NCBI GenBank assembly: GCA_036785375.1
Contig: JAWMAR010000030.1
Span: 1,984,001-2,048,000 of the forward strand
From: Leucoraja ocellata
Lineage: Eukaryota
Direction: 5' to 3'
DNA: 64,000 nucleotides
Both the position numbers and the translations under genes were made by a program. Below the pieces are notes generated by a model. It was not told the origin of the DNA. It was given only the letters and a program-made list of their open reading frames with translations, and ran no database searches. Positions 24,766 through 37,313 of this stretch are shown in pieces. Every line of letters begins with the position of its first letter. Within the stretch, counting starts at the first letter, position 1.

Positions 24766-24774
24766 TATCGGACA

Positions 24775-24890
24775 AAAGGAACTGCAGATTACAAAAAAGA
24801 CACAAAGTGATGGACTAATCTCAGCGGGTCAGACAACATCTCTGGAGAACATGTTGGCCGATATTTTGGGTCAGGATCCCTCTTCGGATT
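24775..24890 (-). mobile_element. Hammerhead-family element (decayed)
   Basis: AAGGAACTGCAGAT..AGACACAAAGTG..CTCAGCGGGTCAGACAACATCTCTGGAGA..TTTTGGGTCAGGATCCCTCTTCGGA. Confidence 0.7.
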
Positions 24891-25167
24891 CATCAAGGAG
24901 CAGGAGAGCAACAGGAATCACAGAGGGGTAACAGTGACAGAGGGTCACACAGAACTCTCATTGGAGAGAGGAGGAGGACTTCTTCAAGGTAGGCATATCT
25001 TAAGGAGATGTTATTGTGGAGCAGTAAAATGTAGAAACAAGAAACTACATATGCTGGTTTATAAAAAAGGACACACAATGCTGGAGTATGAAAATATAGA
25101 GTCTTATCTTGTCCTTAAAAACCCATTGTCTGAAATAAGGCAGCAGGCTCATCTCTACTGATACTAA

Positions 25168-25484
25168 AGGGCCTGTCCCACTGTCCGAGGTAAGTCAAGA
25201 GCTCTTCCGAGTTAAAAAAAAAATCAAACTCATGGTAAGCACATAGAATGTACGTAGCGGTTACGTCGGAGCTCGGGACGTCTCTTAGCAGCTCGTAATT
25301 CTAACGGCAGGTACTCAGGAAACACGGCAAGCTCGTGAAGACTCGTGAAGATTTTTCAACACGTTGAAAAATGTCCACGAGAGCCCCACGTACCTACAAG
25401 TGGCTATTACCGTAATTCACCGAGTTCGAATCAGGGGAAACTCAGGAGAACTCTTGAATTCACTCGTACAGTGGGACAGGCCCT
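25168..25484. mobile_element. MITE, PIF/Harbinger-like
   Basis: Perfect termini AGGGCCTGTCCCACTGT / ACAGTGGGACAGGCCCT, flanked by TAA and TTA; imperfect inverted repeat extends about 45 bp. Confidence 0.85.
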
Positions 25485-25859
25485 TTACAAACCCTGAGAA
25501 CATTGGAAATCTTTCAGGGACCACTGCAGTGACTATTGGGAAACTAACTGAGATTCGCTGAATATATAAAGCAGACATTTTCAAACAAATATAGATTCAG
25601 AAAGCTGAGCGATGGCTTCAGTGTTTTCCAGTATGATGAAATAAAGAGCCAAAGAGATAAAACTGAGCAGGGTAGCAACAGAGTGCATTTAAGTACAAAC
25701 ACAGGGGAATCACAACAGTCAAAAGAAGAGACAAACCTTACCCACGAAAAGTATCAAGGGAACGTAATCGCCGAGATTTGGGTTTTGTGGCCTTGGCTGA
25801 GGCATCAGCGTCACTTACAGGAGCAAGTTCCTGAAATGGAGAACATAAACGTAATTAAG

Positions 25860-26460
25860 CATTTCCCAATAGGGTGGGTGGAGGCTAAAGAAGACAAAAA
25901 AGGTTGACAAGGCAAAGCCATAGATATTGTCTATCTGGGCTTCAGCAAGGTGTTTAATAAGGTTTTGCATGGTAGGCTGCTTTGGAGTGTTAATCATTTC
26001 TCACGTTGCAATGGAAGTGCGCCCTTGGTGAGGCTACTAATTTACGTAAATGGGTAGGATTATTGCACAATAGTTGGCAAGGGCCTCATTTTCTGTGTAT
26101 GGTTGTCTGACTATCACTTTATATGCAATTGTCACAGAAAAGATGTAAATGCTAATTGATCGGATCTACAACGTCGAAGACAGGCAGTGACCTCTGAGTA
26201 TCCATAATAAACGATGTTTATTAAATGATGGAATAACAGCTGCCCCAATTCTAATCTCCTCTGGATGAAATATTGATACCAAGTGCAAGTACAGTTGACC
26301 AACTGTATACTAATTTCTATAATTCGATACATTTGAGGAGATTAGTTGGAAAGCAAGGAGTAGGTGGAAAGGCCAGGAACATGGACAAAGTGGAAGATCA
26401 GTCATGATCATTCTAAATGACCAACCAGGATCAATGGGCTGAATGGCTACTTATGCTTCT
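25860..26460 (+). mobile_element. Scattered old CR1 RT and 3' fragments
   Basis: Degenerate VD..YLDFSKAFDKV.H.RL-like DNA at about 25900-25985 and tail ATGGGCTGAATGGCTACTTATGCTTCT. Confidence 0.5.
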
Positions 26461-26519
26461 TGGTCAGAGAAGTTTAGGGAGACCAAAACTGGTTTTGTCC
26501 TAACATGATGAATGCTAAC

Positions 26520-26958
26520 CTGCAATGAACCCCAGCAGTGCCTCAACTTTAAAATTGTCATCCTGGCTTTAAACTGCTTCAATGATTTCTCTTCTTTCAA
26601 TCTCTGTAGTTTCTCTCAGACCGACAACCCTCCTGTCGAGTCTTCTGGTATTTTTGCTGTTGAGTCTTCTGGTATCTTTCCTCTGGAATTGCTTCCCAAA
26701 CAAATTCTGGTTCCTTTTCCTGCTTAAGGAACTAAGATTTTGATCGAAGGTAGACAAAAAATGGTACCTCAGCGGGCCAGGCTGCACCTCTGGAGAGAAG
26801 GAATGGGTGACGTTTTGGGTTGAGACCCTTCTTCAGACTTTAATCACTGGTTTTAGTAACTTAGCCTCAATAGTCTTGTTTTCAAAGTCTCCAGTGAAGC
26901 ATGTTGGGGTAATTTGCTACATTAAAGATACTGTATTAATGGAAATTGTTGTTGTTGT
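26520..26958 (+). mobile_element. L2 LINE 3' fragment, interrupted by a hammerhead-family element
   Basis: CLNFKIVILALNCFND..NLCSFSQTDNP resembles the L2 ORF end; tail GTGAAGCATGTTGGG..CTACATTAAAG..(TTG)n. Confidence 0.65.
26743..26840 (-). mobile_element. Hammerhead-family element
   Basis: Minus strand AGTCTGAAGAAGGGTCTCAACCCAAAACGTCACC (G12 lost, consistent with CpG decay). Confidence 0.82.
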
Positions 26959-27810
26959 CATTCGTCAAGCACAATTCTCCAGATCCCGTTTTGGCATAGA
27001 TGTTTATACACAAATGTGTCCGGCCACAGAACGCAGCAGTCGTTGATTTGATTTGGATGTATGCTGCCCTGGGCTAAACATTCAGTCTGACACAGATCAG
27101 ATTACCAAGCTAAACAGAGCCGGTATCTGCTTGCAGTCTAATTTTATTTGATAGATCTTTTTGTCATTAGGATTTGTCAGGCCAGAGATAACCCAAGCTA
27201 AGCAAAGGACAGTGCTCTGTGGCTACAAGCGACGTGTTCAGACTGAGGATATGGGCACGGTGGAGCCATTCTTAAAGAGGCAGACCTCGTTGTGGTAACA
27301 CCATGCCCACTGTCGGTTTAAGGGAACAGCAAATACAAATCAGCAGTTTGCTTTTAGCATGGTGAGTTAAAGTAACAAAATCAGAAGCTTATCTGATGAC
27401 AAGAAGCAACTCTTCACATAATGTGTTTGGGGCTTCTCATTCTATAGGCTGTTGCAGTTGGGATGTCCAATAGAGCATTTCAAAATTGTAATTGAAACAT
27501 TTTTAAGGGCATAATTAGACAATTCCCCCAGTGAAGCCACTGCACCCTACGTTTTAGTTATCATTATCAGGAGAGATATCCCAGACAGTTTTATATGCTC
27601 TGGATACAACGTAAGCAAAGGACTTGAAAGCAGAATGACGGAATGAGTACGGAAGGTTTCACTCTGTCTATCGACTCTATGCCAGGTTTATGAAGTAGCA
27701 ATCCAGCTTGACTCACTCTCCCGCCCACTTACCGAGGTCAATTAATTATTTATTTTCATATAACTAATCAAGAGCAGGTTTCATTAAAGTTTGGGTGAAT
27801 TCATTTCTAA

Positions 27811-27990
27811 CTCAGCGAGAGAGGCAGCATCTATGGAGAGAAGGAATAGGCGACGTTTCGGGTCGAGACCCTTCTTCAGACTGAATGTCCGACCTGGAAT
27901 GTCGCCTATTCCTTCTCTCCGTAGATGCTGCTCACCTGCTGAGTTCCTCCCGCATTTTTGTCTATCTTCGATTTTTCCAGCATCTTTCTT
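27811..27990. mobile_element. Palindromic hammerhead-family element with 12-bp flanking duplication
   Basis: Inverted arms around 27885; ATTTCTAACTCA at 27803-27814 and 27995-28006. Confidence 0.85.
27848..27884 (-). ncRNA. Minimal hammerhead ribozyme motif (intact core)
   Basis: Minus strand TCAGT-CTGAAGA-A-GGGT CTCG ACCC-GAAA-CGTC-GCC: CUGANGA, stem II, GAAA and a GUC triplet. Confidence 0.68.
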
Positions 27991-29791
27991 AATAATTTCT
28001 AACTCATATAAATACAGTATTTCTTACCATAAGAAGTATTGTATTGCAGTCTCTTAGGAATTAGCATTCATTTTTATATGGGAATTCCCATTCCCCATAC
28101 ATGAGGTATATCGTTTCCACAAATTAAGAAAATTCCTTCAATTTTTACATTCAGCTTTTTATCTCCAACTGGACTCATAACCATGAGCAAGAGTGTATTC
28201 ACATCATCATATGTGTAAAATCGACTAAAGACCTTCCATTTATCAGTTTATTCACTCATCACTGTTCCTACTCTCTCCCGCTGATATTTCATCCACTATC
28301 ATTGTGATAACCAATGCTAAGCATTTACTATATCCTCTATTATTGTCATTTAAGGTGTCATATTCGTTGAATTTTATCAGGCTTGTCACTTCTCGCTATG
28401 CTGCTCACTTTACAATGTATATACAGGTACCTCTTTATCCTTCCCATTTTTGCTCTGTGCATCTTGAATTGCTGCTGCTATTTTTGCTTTTTACATTGAT
28501 GTATAATTGTCCCACCAATGTCATGGGTCTTGATAATATTAATGCTGAAGTTTTGCATTTGTATTTGGGAGATTTAAAATCCATCAATTACTTTCTTACA
28601 AATTCCGAGTGCCGCCCACAGTTTGGGCAGCCAGTGAATTCTCTCATAGAGTTCCAGTCCAATCCTTCCTTACCTCTTCAATTCATTTTGTTATAGCCTG
28701 ACCCCTGATTTGTGACCCTCCTGCTTCCTCTTCAAACCCAATATTGATATTCAATCATGTTACATACCAGACTGCCTGCTATTTTCTGTCATTACTCATG
28801 TAAAATTAAGATCATCTGCTGCCTTGTTGGCTCGTGCTCCTTCAGGAAAGCAATCAGTAAATTTGACCATTTCCGACTGCTACCACTGTTTCTTCCCCAA
28901 AATGCATTTAAAACTCCCATTATCATTTTCCCTGATGGTTCTCTCTTTTCTTCATATCATATTCATATGACAAACCATTCCTGTCCTCTCATGCTATTTT
29001 AAAGGTGTTATAATTAATGGCACTGTGGGGTTGCAGTGTGTTTAACAATTCAACTTGCTCCAGATCAACCTCTTTCTATTTGAGGAACAGTAGAAGTATT
29101 TGTGCCTGAAGCGTATTTCACCTTCCTTACAGTTCAAACTTAAAGCAATCACAAGGTCAAGCACTGACAAATATGATGATTAAGTACGTGGGTCACAGGG
29201 CAGCTCTCCTATTTACAAAACCTTCTCTTTCTCAATCACCATACTCTTTTTTTGGACAGCTGTACCACCAACACCACAGATTTTTTCAATCAATAATCTC
29301 TGATCAATATATGATCACCATCTTATTCATTAATATTTTAAGCAGTATTTTTGTGTGTAAGAAAATCAATGCACTAGTGAATTGACAACTTTTGTATCTG
29401 CTTAGAGGGAATTCCAGGGTCTCATGGTGATGGAACACAGCCACACTTAGGGGGAGTGTAGTCCAAGATTCAGGGACTAGAGGACAAGCGGCAAGGGTTC
29501 CTCTCCCGGTGCATTCATTCATCTTTCTATTTAAAGATTTAAGGGAACTGGCTACTTTACCTATGTCACATTGGTAGGCATTGTTCATTCATTTTTTACT
29601 TAGTTTATTACTATTTGAACAGTAAATCCAATGGAGAAAGCTTTCAGGCAATCCAGTTAGAGAATAGCAAAAGGAGGAATTAAACTATTGGAAAAACACA
29701 ATGAGACTATAAAGGAGAAGCAATGAGGAAGATGAGAACTGATTGATTGATTAACATGGCCAGAGACCTGACATCCAAAGAAATGTTATTA

Positions 29792-29893
29792 TCAGTCTGA
29801 AGAAGGGTCTTGACCCGAAACGTCACCCATTCTTTGTCTCCAGAGATGTTGCCTGTCCCACTGAGTTACTCCAGCATTTTGTGTCTACCTTCA
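29792..29893 (+). mobile_element. Hammerhead-family element
   Basis: TCAGTCTGAAGAAGGGTCTTGACCCGAAACGTCACC..CTGAGTTACTCCAGCATTTTGTGTCTACCTTC. Confidence 0.88.
29793..29828 (+). ncRNA. Minimal hammerhead ribozyme motif (intact core)
   Basis: CTGAAGA 29797-29803, extra A, stem II GGGT/ACCC within 29805-29816, GAAA 29817-29820, CGTC; predicted cleavage after 29824. Confidence 0.7.
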
Positions 29894-32800
29894 GTGATAT
29901 TAGAAAGATTGATTAGGGAGTAGAGCCAAATCCTACAGCAAAGAAACAGAGATCCCATTTTTGTTTAATCTTAAGAAAATGGGATGGATAATTAATTTCA
30001 AAAATAGATACAAATTCTGCCAATTTAGACTTGTGATTTGAAGAGCATTGGTCATTTCTTGACTAGTAATTAGTATCAGTCAACTGCACTGGCTTGGCTG
30101 TGTGTCGCTGGATGGGATCCAGGGGCCTAAATCAGTGGTAGACTGCAAGCATTGAATGATATTACTATATTGTGCTTTCCTTGATTTAGTTGTAAACTGG
30201 GCAAAATGAGGCCAACCACAATGACTAAAAACATACTTAGGTAAATTACACTGAGATCTTCCATGCACTAGTGTACTGTGATTTTTTTTTAAATGTCCTC
30301 GTAAACAATGTGGACAGCAGGCAGGAGTAGGTGAAGGAGAGCCAGCACTTTGATAACCTAAAGACCCTGACTCTGCCTAGGCTGAAACAGCAACTCTCCT
30401 CATCCCTGCGATTTGCTTTAAGATAAGAATTCAAGTTCTTTACTGCTGGTAGATTTCAACCAGCATGCTATTAGAGTGCTCCCCGCTGAGTACATAATGT
30501 CTCAATATCCACTGAAGCCCACTAATCCCCATGAGTAATTTGCTATATGGAGACAAATCTCACCCCAAGAACCCCCTCTCATTGAAGTGACAGTCCCAGA
30601 TACAAAATGGTGCTCGTGTGACTTTGCTTCTAACACAAACATAATGCATGATTTTATTTTGTTTTAAACATAATTCTAATTGCTAATGCTCACAATGCAT
30701 TGTAGCACATGCTTGAATATTGCTTCCCCTGTTAACTGGACAGAAACTGCCTCAGATCTACCATCTCTGCACCATCTCCAAATAATATGCTTTAATGCCG
30801 AGAACAACTTCTCAACCCTGTGCATGCTACTTTTCCACACAACATTCAGTACAATAAGAATGCCATAGTGGAGTCAAAAGTAAAATACTTTCTACTCTTC
30901 ATTATGTGATGTTAATTACTTGCTCATAAGAAGTCCAAACAGCTGGAATGGTTCTGCACTTACAATGCTGATGCTGTGAGCCGGTGACCTGAGGAGTTGC
31001 TGCACAGACCTCTGAAAGCACTTCATCCTGAAATAAACACAACAACTGTAAGAATTATTCTTTTACATGCTCAGGATCACATTTTTTTTAAATGCGGCTA
31101 GTTGTTTCCATGAGTTTGTGGATACGCGCAGAGAATTTTAAAAAGTCATTAAAAATCAGATAAGATCCCAAAAGGCAAAATCAGATGAAGTTGAGTGAAG
31201 AAGAGATACAAAGAGCATGGGGTGGTGGAATGTGTTTATCTGGTGAGCAAGGGGCAGTAAGATTTGTACATGTGTGTGAAAAAAAGTATTCCTGTGTGGA
31301 GTTACATATATAATCCATGATTGTTCACGAGTTGGTGTCACAAGAATGCAGGAGTGATTCTCTGGTGGGAATATACATTATGGGTGTGTGTGCTAATGAC
31401 AGCTTTGTGAGCAGTGAAACTGTGAATGAGACTCAGTGGCAGGATGCAGAATACTGATGGAACAGATTTATTGGAGAAATGCAAAATCACCAATGCATAA
31501 TTTTACAGGTTAGATGGAATGCTCTTGACACCTAAGTAATTGAAGTGCATTTTTGCCAATAAATTTAATGGCCCCATCAAAATAAACAATTAAAAGATTT
31601 AGGAAAATGAAAGGCAAGGTCATTAAATCACCCAGCTAAGTGAATGCTGTATAATCAAGTGGGTTGCAAAATTATACACTATATTGGTTGTTCTAAATGC
31701 TGAACACAAAAACAACACTAGAATTGAAACAAAGCAAGGCTTTTCAGAACATTTTGTGGCACATGACCTTTGACAAGTAAATTCTTTATAATTTGGCAGT
31801 GATTAAAGGAGTACATTTAAACATCAGTCATCATATTGTTATTTTTGGGTTAAAGTAAACTACAAGTGCATTACTTTATGAAAATACTGAATGTTACTTA
31901 TGTGGCTTTTTGACCTGACGCAAGCAAGCTAATGCCAAGCAGTGCAAGGTTCTCTCTTAAAACCTATCAGGACTGCATCATGCACATGCCATCCTCCAGA
32001 TAGCCATTGGCAGGTTCCCTGAGGGAGTCCTTTCAACTATCAGTACCAAATATATTTAGTATTCTGACAAAGTGGATTGTCCTAATGCATTATCATATAC
32101 ATTTTCCACTGTTTAAATTGCAGATATCCGCAGTGCAGTCAATCATAGGGATTGTTCTGTAATATAAGAAAGGACTACCTATCACAAAGAGTAGTGGAAG
32201 GATAGAAGCTGACATGCCCGTGCACCTTAATATTTTGACATGCAGGCATTGTATGTTAACCTTCAACTTCTATGACCAATCTGGGGAAAAGGATTCTCAT
32301 ACTGGCTTAAACCTCTCGTTAAAACAAACACTCTGAATACCAGGCTGAGATGTATTTTAAACCCCACATGCCCACCTTTTGGCTGGATCACAAGGTGAAA
32401 AAATATTAGTTCTGCATGCACAAATGGGAAAAGTTCAGCTAAGTCTCTGCTTGCTCACTGTGTGGTTGAGACAGCCATAAGCTGGTTGAAATCTACTCTT
32501 GTGATTTTGTGATGTGATCAGAGTCATGGGCATATTCTTGCAATTGATACCCTCTTTGCAAACTCAACAAATCCTTCAACTGATTTTATGAAATATTTAG
32601 ATGGTAGAATGATATAATTGAACTGTACGTCATTTATTAATGAATGTTGGGGGAGTGGGGACAACACGAGCGGATATCATCATACTTGCTTTGCATTCAT
32701 TCACATTTCAGGACTTGGATGTCACTGTGAAAGCCAGAATTTATTTCACCATCCCGAGCTGCCTTTGAGAAGGGGGTGGGTAAGACTTCTTCCTGAACCA

Positions 32801-33904
32801 TTGCAATCTCCTAGTGGCCTGGAAATCAGTGTAAGCTCTTTTGCAGCAAAATGTAGGTTTCACCCATATAATGGATATACTACTTCCATCCCAATTCCCA
32901 GTACTATTCAGCCACTTCACTGTTATATGGAAACAAGACATACTGTGTTGGACACGGGAGGGGACTTTGACATATCCTGTTCAGATTTTACATTGGCTTC
33001 ATTGAAAAAGTTTGGTTTATAGAGACTACCTTTATTCTTTCCCTGTAGTTTCCTCAGGGCGGATAGATGGCATTTTCGCAGTGATTTGAGTTAAACATTT
33101 ATCCTTTGTTTTTATCACTGATAATGTATTATATGATATTCTTAGTGGTCCACCTTCCCTGAAATAGACCATTGAAGGAAACCCTGTCCCTGGACCATTA
33201 ATTCAGCACTCCCTCGACTATCATGGTTGAACTATTTGATTTGGTGAGGAAGGTTCAGCATTAACCATAGACATCAACTTGTGCCTGCTGATTGTTTTGA
33301 AAATCAGAAAGCCTACTTTGCAAGCTTTACAATACCTTTGCATAGGTCATTGAATTGTCCAGCATTCATGGTTGCCACTGCAACATCTATAATTCTAAAT
33401 ATGTTTAATCTACAAGGACATGAAAAGTGTTACCTGTACACGTAACCTCCTGTAACATAAATGGAAATCAGTCCAACAGTGACAGCAAATATAACAGCGA
33501 TAGCTGTGGATGAGAAAGGAAGAAAATGTCACTTGCTTTGGTGATGGCAGGCACTTCATTTAGGTAGAAAAATGAATTTGTTTTACTGTTGCACATGGTT
33601 AATGATGTACTGTAGGAACAACACTAGGCTGTTCAACCCTTCCAGCTTATTATACTATTTAATAACATTATGGCCGATCTGAGACCTAACCGTTTCCTTC
33701 TCAACGTTGATTCTTAGTAAGGAGTATAAACCCCTTAAAACCTTTAACTAACAAAATCTTCTCACACTTCAAATTAATATGGCCTCACAACAATTGAGGA
33801 TCACTGGGGAAAGTTTCAAATATATATCAATCCGACATGTATAGGTGTTTCCTAAAATTCTTTCTTGGCCCTTGTTCTAATCTTTAGATTATGTCCCATC
33901 ATGG

Positions 33905-34086
33905 AGATACAAGGGGCTATAAATGCTGAAATCCTGAGCAAAAAAAAACTGCTGGAGAAACAGGAAGAAAGGAAGAGGTGGAGCCAGAGGGTTGAGGGAG
34001 AGCTGAGAAGGGGAGGAGAAAGTAAGGACTACCTGAAATTAGAGAAGTCAATGTTCATACCGCTGGGGTGCAAACTGCCCAAGCGG
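33905..34086 (-). mobile_element. Penelope-like element 3' region (GIY-YIG C-terminus, UTR and terminal-repeat remnant)
   Basis: 34085-34029 translates RLGSLHPSGMNIDFSNFR*, a typical Penelope ORF end, followed by a pyrimidine-rich UTR and TTCTCCAGCAGTTTTT..GATTTCAGCATTTATAG. Confidence 0.8.
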
Positions 34087-34439
34087 TTCCAATAATCCTT
34101 CCAGTAATTCTGCGTTCCACAGTATTCAGAGCATCCTAAAGAAGACTTCAGCAGTTCCACCCGGTTGTGTTTTCATTCTCTAGCCATGAACAGAATCATC
34201 TCCAGCTATTACTCAAATACGTCAAATCCAAACATCGGACATCCTTTGCACTTCATAGCTGCTGTTAAACCTGTTGCTCATTTTTCAAATGTTTTGTTCT
34301 CATTTAACACGGCCACTAAGAGTTGGCAGAGCAGGGCATAATAAGAACATGAATATATAAAGTCAAAAGGAAAGATGGCTAAACATATCCATTCAATGGT
34401 AGAAGATGCTAAAACCATTCTAATAATAGCAGAAAATAG

Positions 34440-34715
34440 CACTATCACTGGAGAAGTTGAACTAATTAAACTAGTGGGACTACAGTCTGACGAGAACCCT
34501 GGATCATACAACCTTCTTCCTAGGATATTTTTTTAAAGGCTGCAAAGGAAATGAATGAATTGGTTAGAATTTTCTAAAATTCCCAAGAAACATTGAACAG
34601 AAATCCTTTCATATATAACCACCACTGAAGAAAGTAGAGACAGAGAGCAGGAAACCATAGCACATTTAGCCCACTGTCTGTTATTGCAAAAATGCTGGAA
34701 TCCATTATTAAGGAC
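34440..34715 (+). mobile_element. Old CR1 RT fragment
   Basis: Degenerate KLVGLQSDENPG...LPRI..K, GNHSTFS and KMLESIIKD. Confidence 0.6.
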
Positions 34716-35562
34716 TCGTCTTACATCTGTTCTTATTTCTTACACATTCACAAATAGTTTTATCCTTGATACACACTATTTAAAAGCTGGTCATTAATCC
34801 AAAGATGTTTTTGAATCTTAACTTTAGCTCAAACTTTTACTTTTCGGCCTTGTTTCGCCACACTTGATTGGATACTTGAAATATTCTAGGTGTCACATTT
34901 TTCATTTATGCACACAATTACCCACTCAGAAGCGCACCATAGTTTTGTACTGATCCTTTCCAACCGATCGTTATAAAACGAATAAGAAGGACAAACTGCG
35001 AACAGTTGGATTAAAGTCAATGACCTTATCGTTGCTTTACAAAGTAGCTATCAAGCTTTGGCCTCCAGCTGCCATTTACAATTTGAAGCCATTATTTTAC
35101 TGACCGAGTAAGCGTATAGTTTAATCTGCTCGGAAGACTAAATAGTTTAACCCTTCTGAAGCTTGCAAAAGATGTGGGCATGGCTGCTTGGTGCTCAAGA
35201 ATGGGCGATCTCTTGAAGATTTAAAATATCAGGCCTGATTTACCTTCTATTACCCCAAACCCCAACAAATTTTCAAATCATTTGTGATGGATTGTTCAAT
35301 TATTTAAGTAATAATTGCAATCTATAAAAAAATTAAATTCCTGCATCAATCAACCTTATATAGTATGCTTTATACACTGTCAACATAATTTCTCAATTTA
35401 ATCAGGGCTAGTGCGGGACAAAAATAAAAGCTATTAGGTTGGCCAGAATTTTGAGCATTATTGGCAGAACTTAAGGAAGCTGACTCTGCATATAATATAT
35501 GCACTCAGCCAATATAATTTGCAATATTGTCACAACTGGGTCTAATTATTCATAATAGCAAA

Positions 35563-35785
35563 TAAAACTGCAGATGCTGGAAATCCCAAATAAAAAAAAA
35601 TATTCATAAATGTCGGATAGAATCTAGATAGAGAGGAACAGAGCTCAGGCCAATGTACTTTCATCAAATCTTCATGGCTTATTCTGATAAAAGGTCATTG
35701 ACCTAAAATATATTAACTACAATTCTCTCTCCACTGCATTTGCTTAACCTGTGAGTATTCAGTGCTAATTCTGTTTGCATTCCTG
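35563..35785. mobile_element. Old palindromic hammerhead-family element
   Basis: Left arm AAAACTGCAGATGCTGGAAATC..CTTTCATCA; right arm TTCTGATAAAAGGTCATTGACCTAAAA.. Confidence 0.65.
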
Positions 35786-35989
35786 ATAGGTCATACTTGG
35801 TCATAGGCAGAAGAAAGATATCAAACAATCTTATTCCCATTGTACAAGACATTAAGTAAATATCTTCTCCTTACTCAAGCTAAGTTATACCTAACCACAG
35901 TTTGTTGGTGATTCTCATCCCTTTGGCTCAACTCATCTATGATGACCAAGTTGCATAACTGAGTTAGTATTACTTGCGTGAACCTGGTT

Positions 35990-36900
35990 CATATCCTACC
36001 AGACCTTTCCTAGCCATGCACCTGTGCAAATATCTTAATTGTACCTGTCTCTAGCACTTGCTCTGGCAGCTTGTTCCATATGCACACCACCTTCTGCGTG
36101 AAAAAGTTGCCCAAGTTCTATCATGTCATATTAGGTCCCTTTTAAATCGTTCCCCTCTCACCTTAAATCTCAACATACAAGTTTTAGCATCCCCTATCCT
36201 GGGAGAAGATAGCTATTCACCTGATCTGTGACCATCACGATATTATATGGCTCCAAAAGGTTGCCCCTCAGCCTCCAGCGCTCCATGGAAAAGGTCCTAG
36301 CATATCCAGCCTCACTTTATAATTCAAACCTTCCAGACCCGATAATATCATCATTAATTGGGTTTTCTACACCCATTCCAAATTAGTGGCATGCTTCAGA
36401 TGGCCAGCCAATGCACAGTACTCCAAATGTGGCTTTATCACTATCTTGTACAGCTGTGACAAGACATTCCAACAACTGTATTCAATGCCCTGACTGATGA
36501 AGCCATGTGTGCTAAACTCCTTCGTCAACACTCTGTCGACCTGGATCTCCACTTTCAAGAAACCATGTTCCTATGTCCCTTCATTATAACACTCTCCAAT
36601 TTATTGTGTATTGCCTGGTTTACCTTAGCACAATGCAACATCATGCATTTAACCAAATCATTTCTCGGCCCATTGGCCCAGTTGATCAAGATCACATTGT
36701 AACATTAGATAACCTTCTTAACTGTCTGGAATATAACCAATTTTAGTGTCGTCCACAAACTTACTAAACATGCCACCCACATTCTCATCCATTAATGTAA
36801 ATGATGAATAAAAATGGATCCCTCTGGTACACCACTTGTTCCAAGCCTCCAGTCTGAGAAGCAACCTCTATCACCACTCTCTGTCTCCTACTTTCAAGCA
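35990..36900 (-). mobile_element. CR1 LINE RT/3' fragment
   Basis: Minus-strand ORF QVDRVLTKEFSTHGFISQGIEYSCWNVLSQLYKIVIKPHLEYC. Confidence 0.88.
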
Positions 36901-37313
36901 TATTTTGACGGTCTGTACCTTGTGGAAGCTGGCCCCCGTTCTACCTGCTGCTGTACATTAAAGGAAGGGAAGGTGAAGTCTACAATATTGCAGGAGAAAA
37001 TATCAATGACCTTCCTACTGCATCAATCATCAGCAATCTGACATATATGACATCATTGGCTGGAATACTGCTGATGCTTGGAGGTTGAGAAATACAGTGA
37101 GCTGGACATATGGATGTCCATGAAGTACCCCTTTTATCTACAGAAGACATTTACAAGTAGAATATGTTTTTGGGCCACAGGGTTGTTGTTAAACCTGGTT
37201 GCTGTATGAGTGATTATGAGCCAAAATGTCATGTGGACAAATTTAATGCATCTTTCTGTTCCCTGTGAAACTATTAACCGTTCTAATGAAAGGTCCCTGA
37301 ATTGAAACAATAA

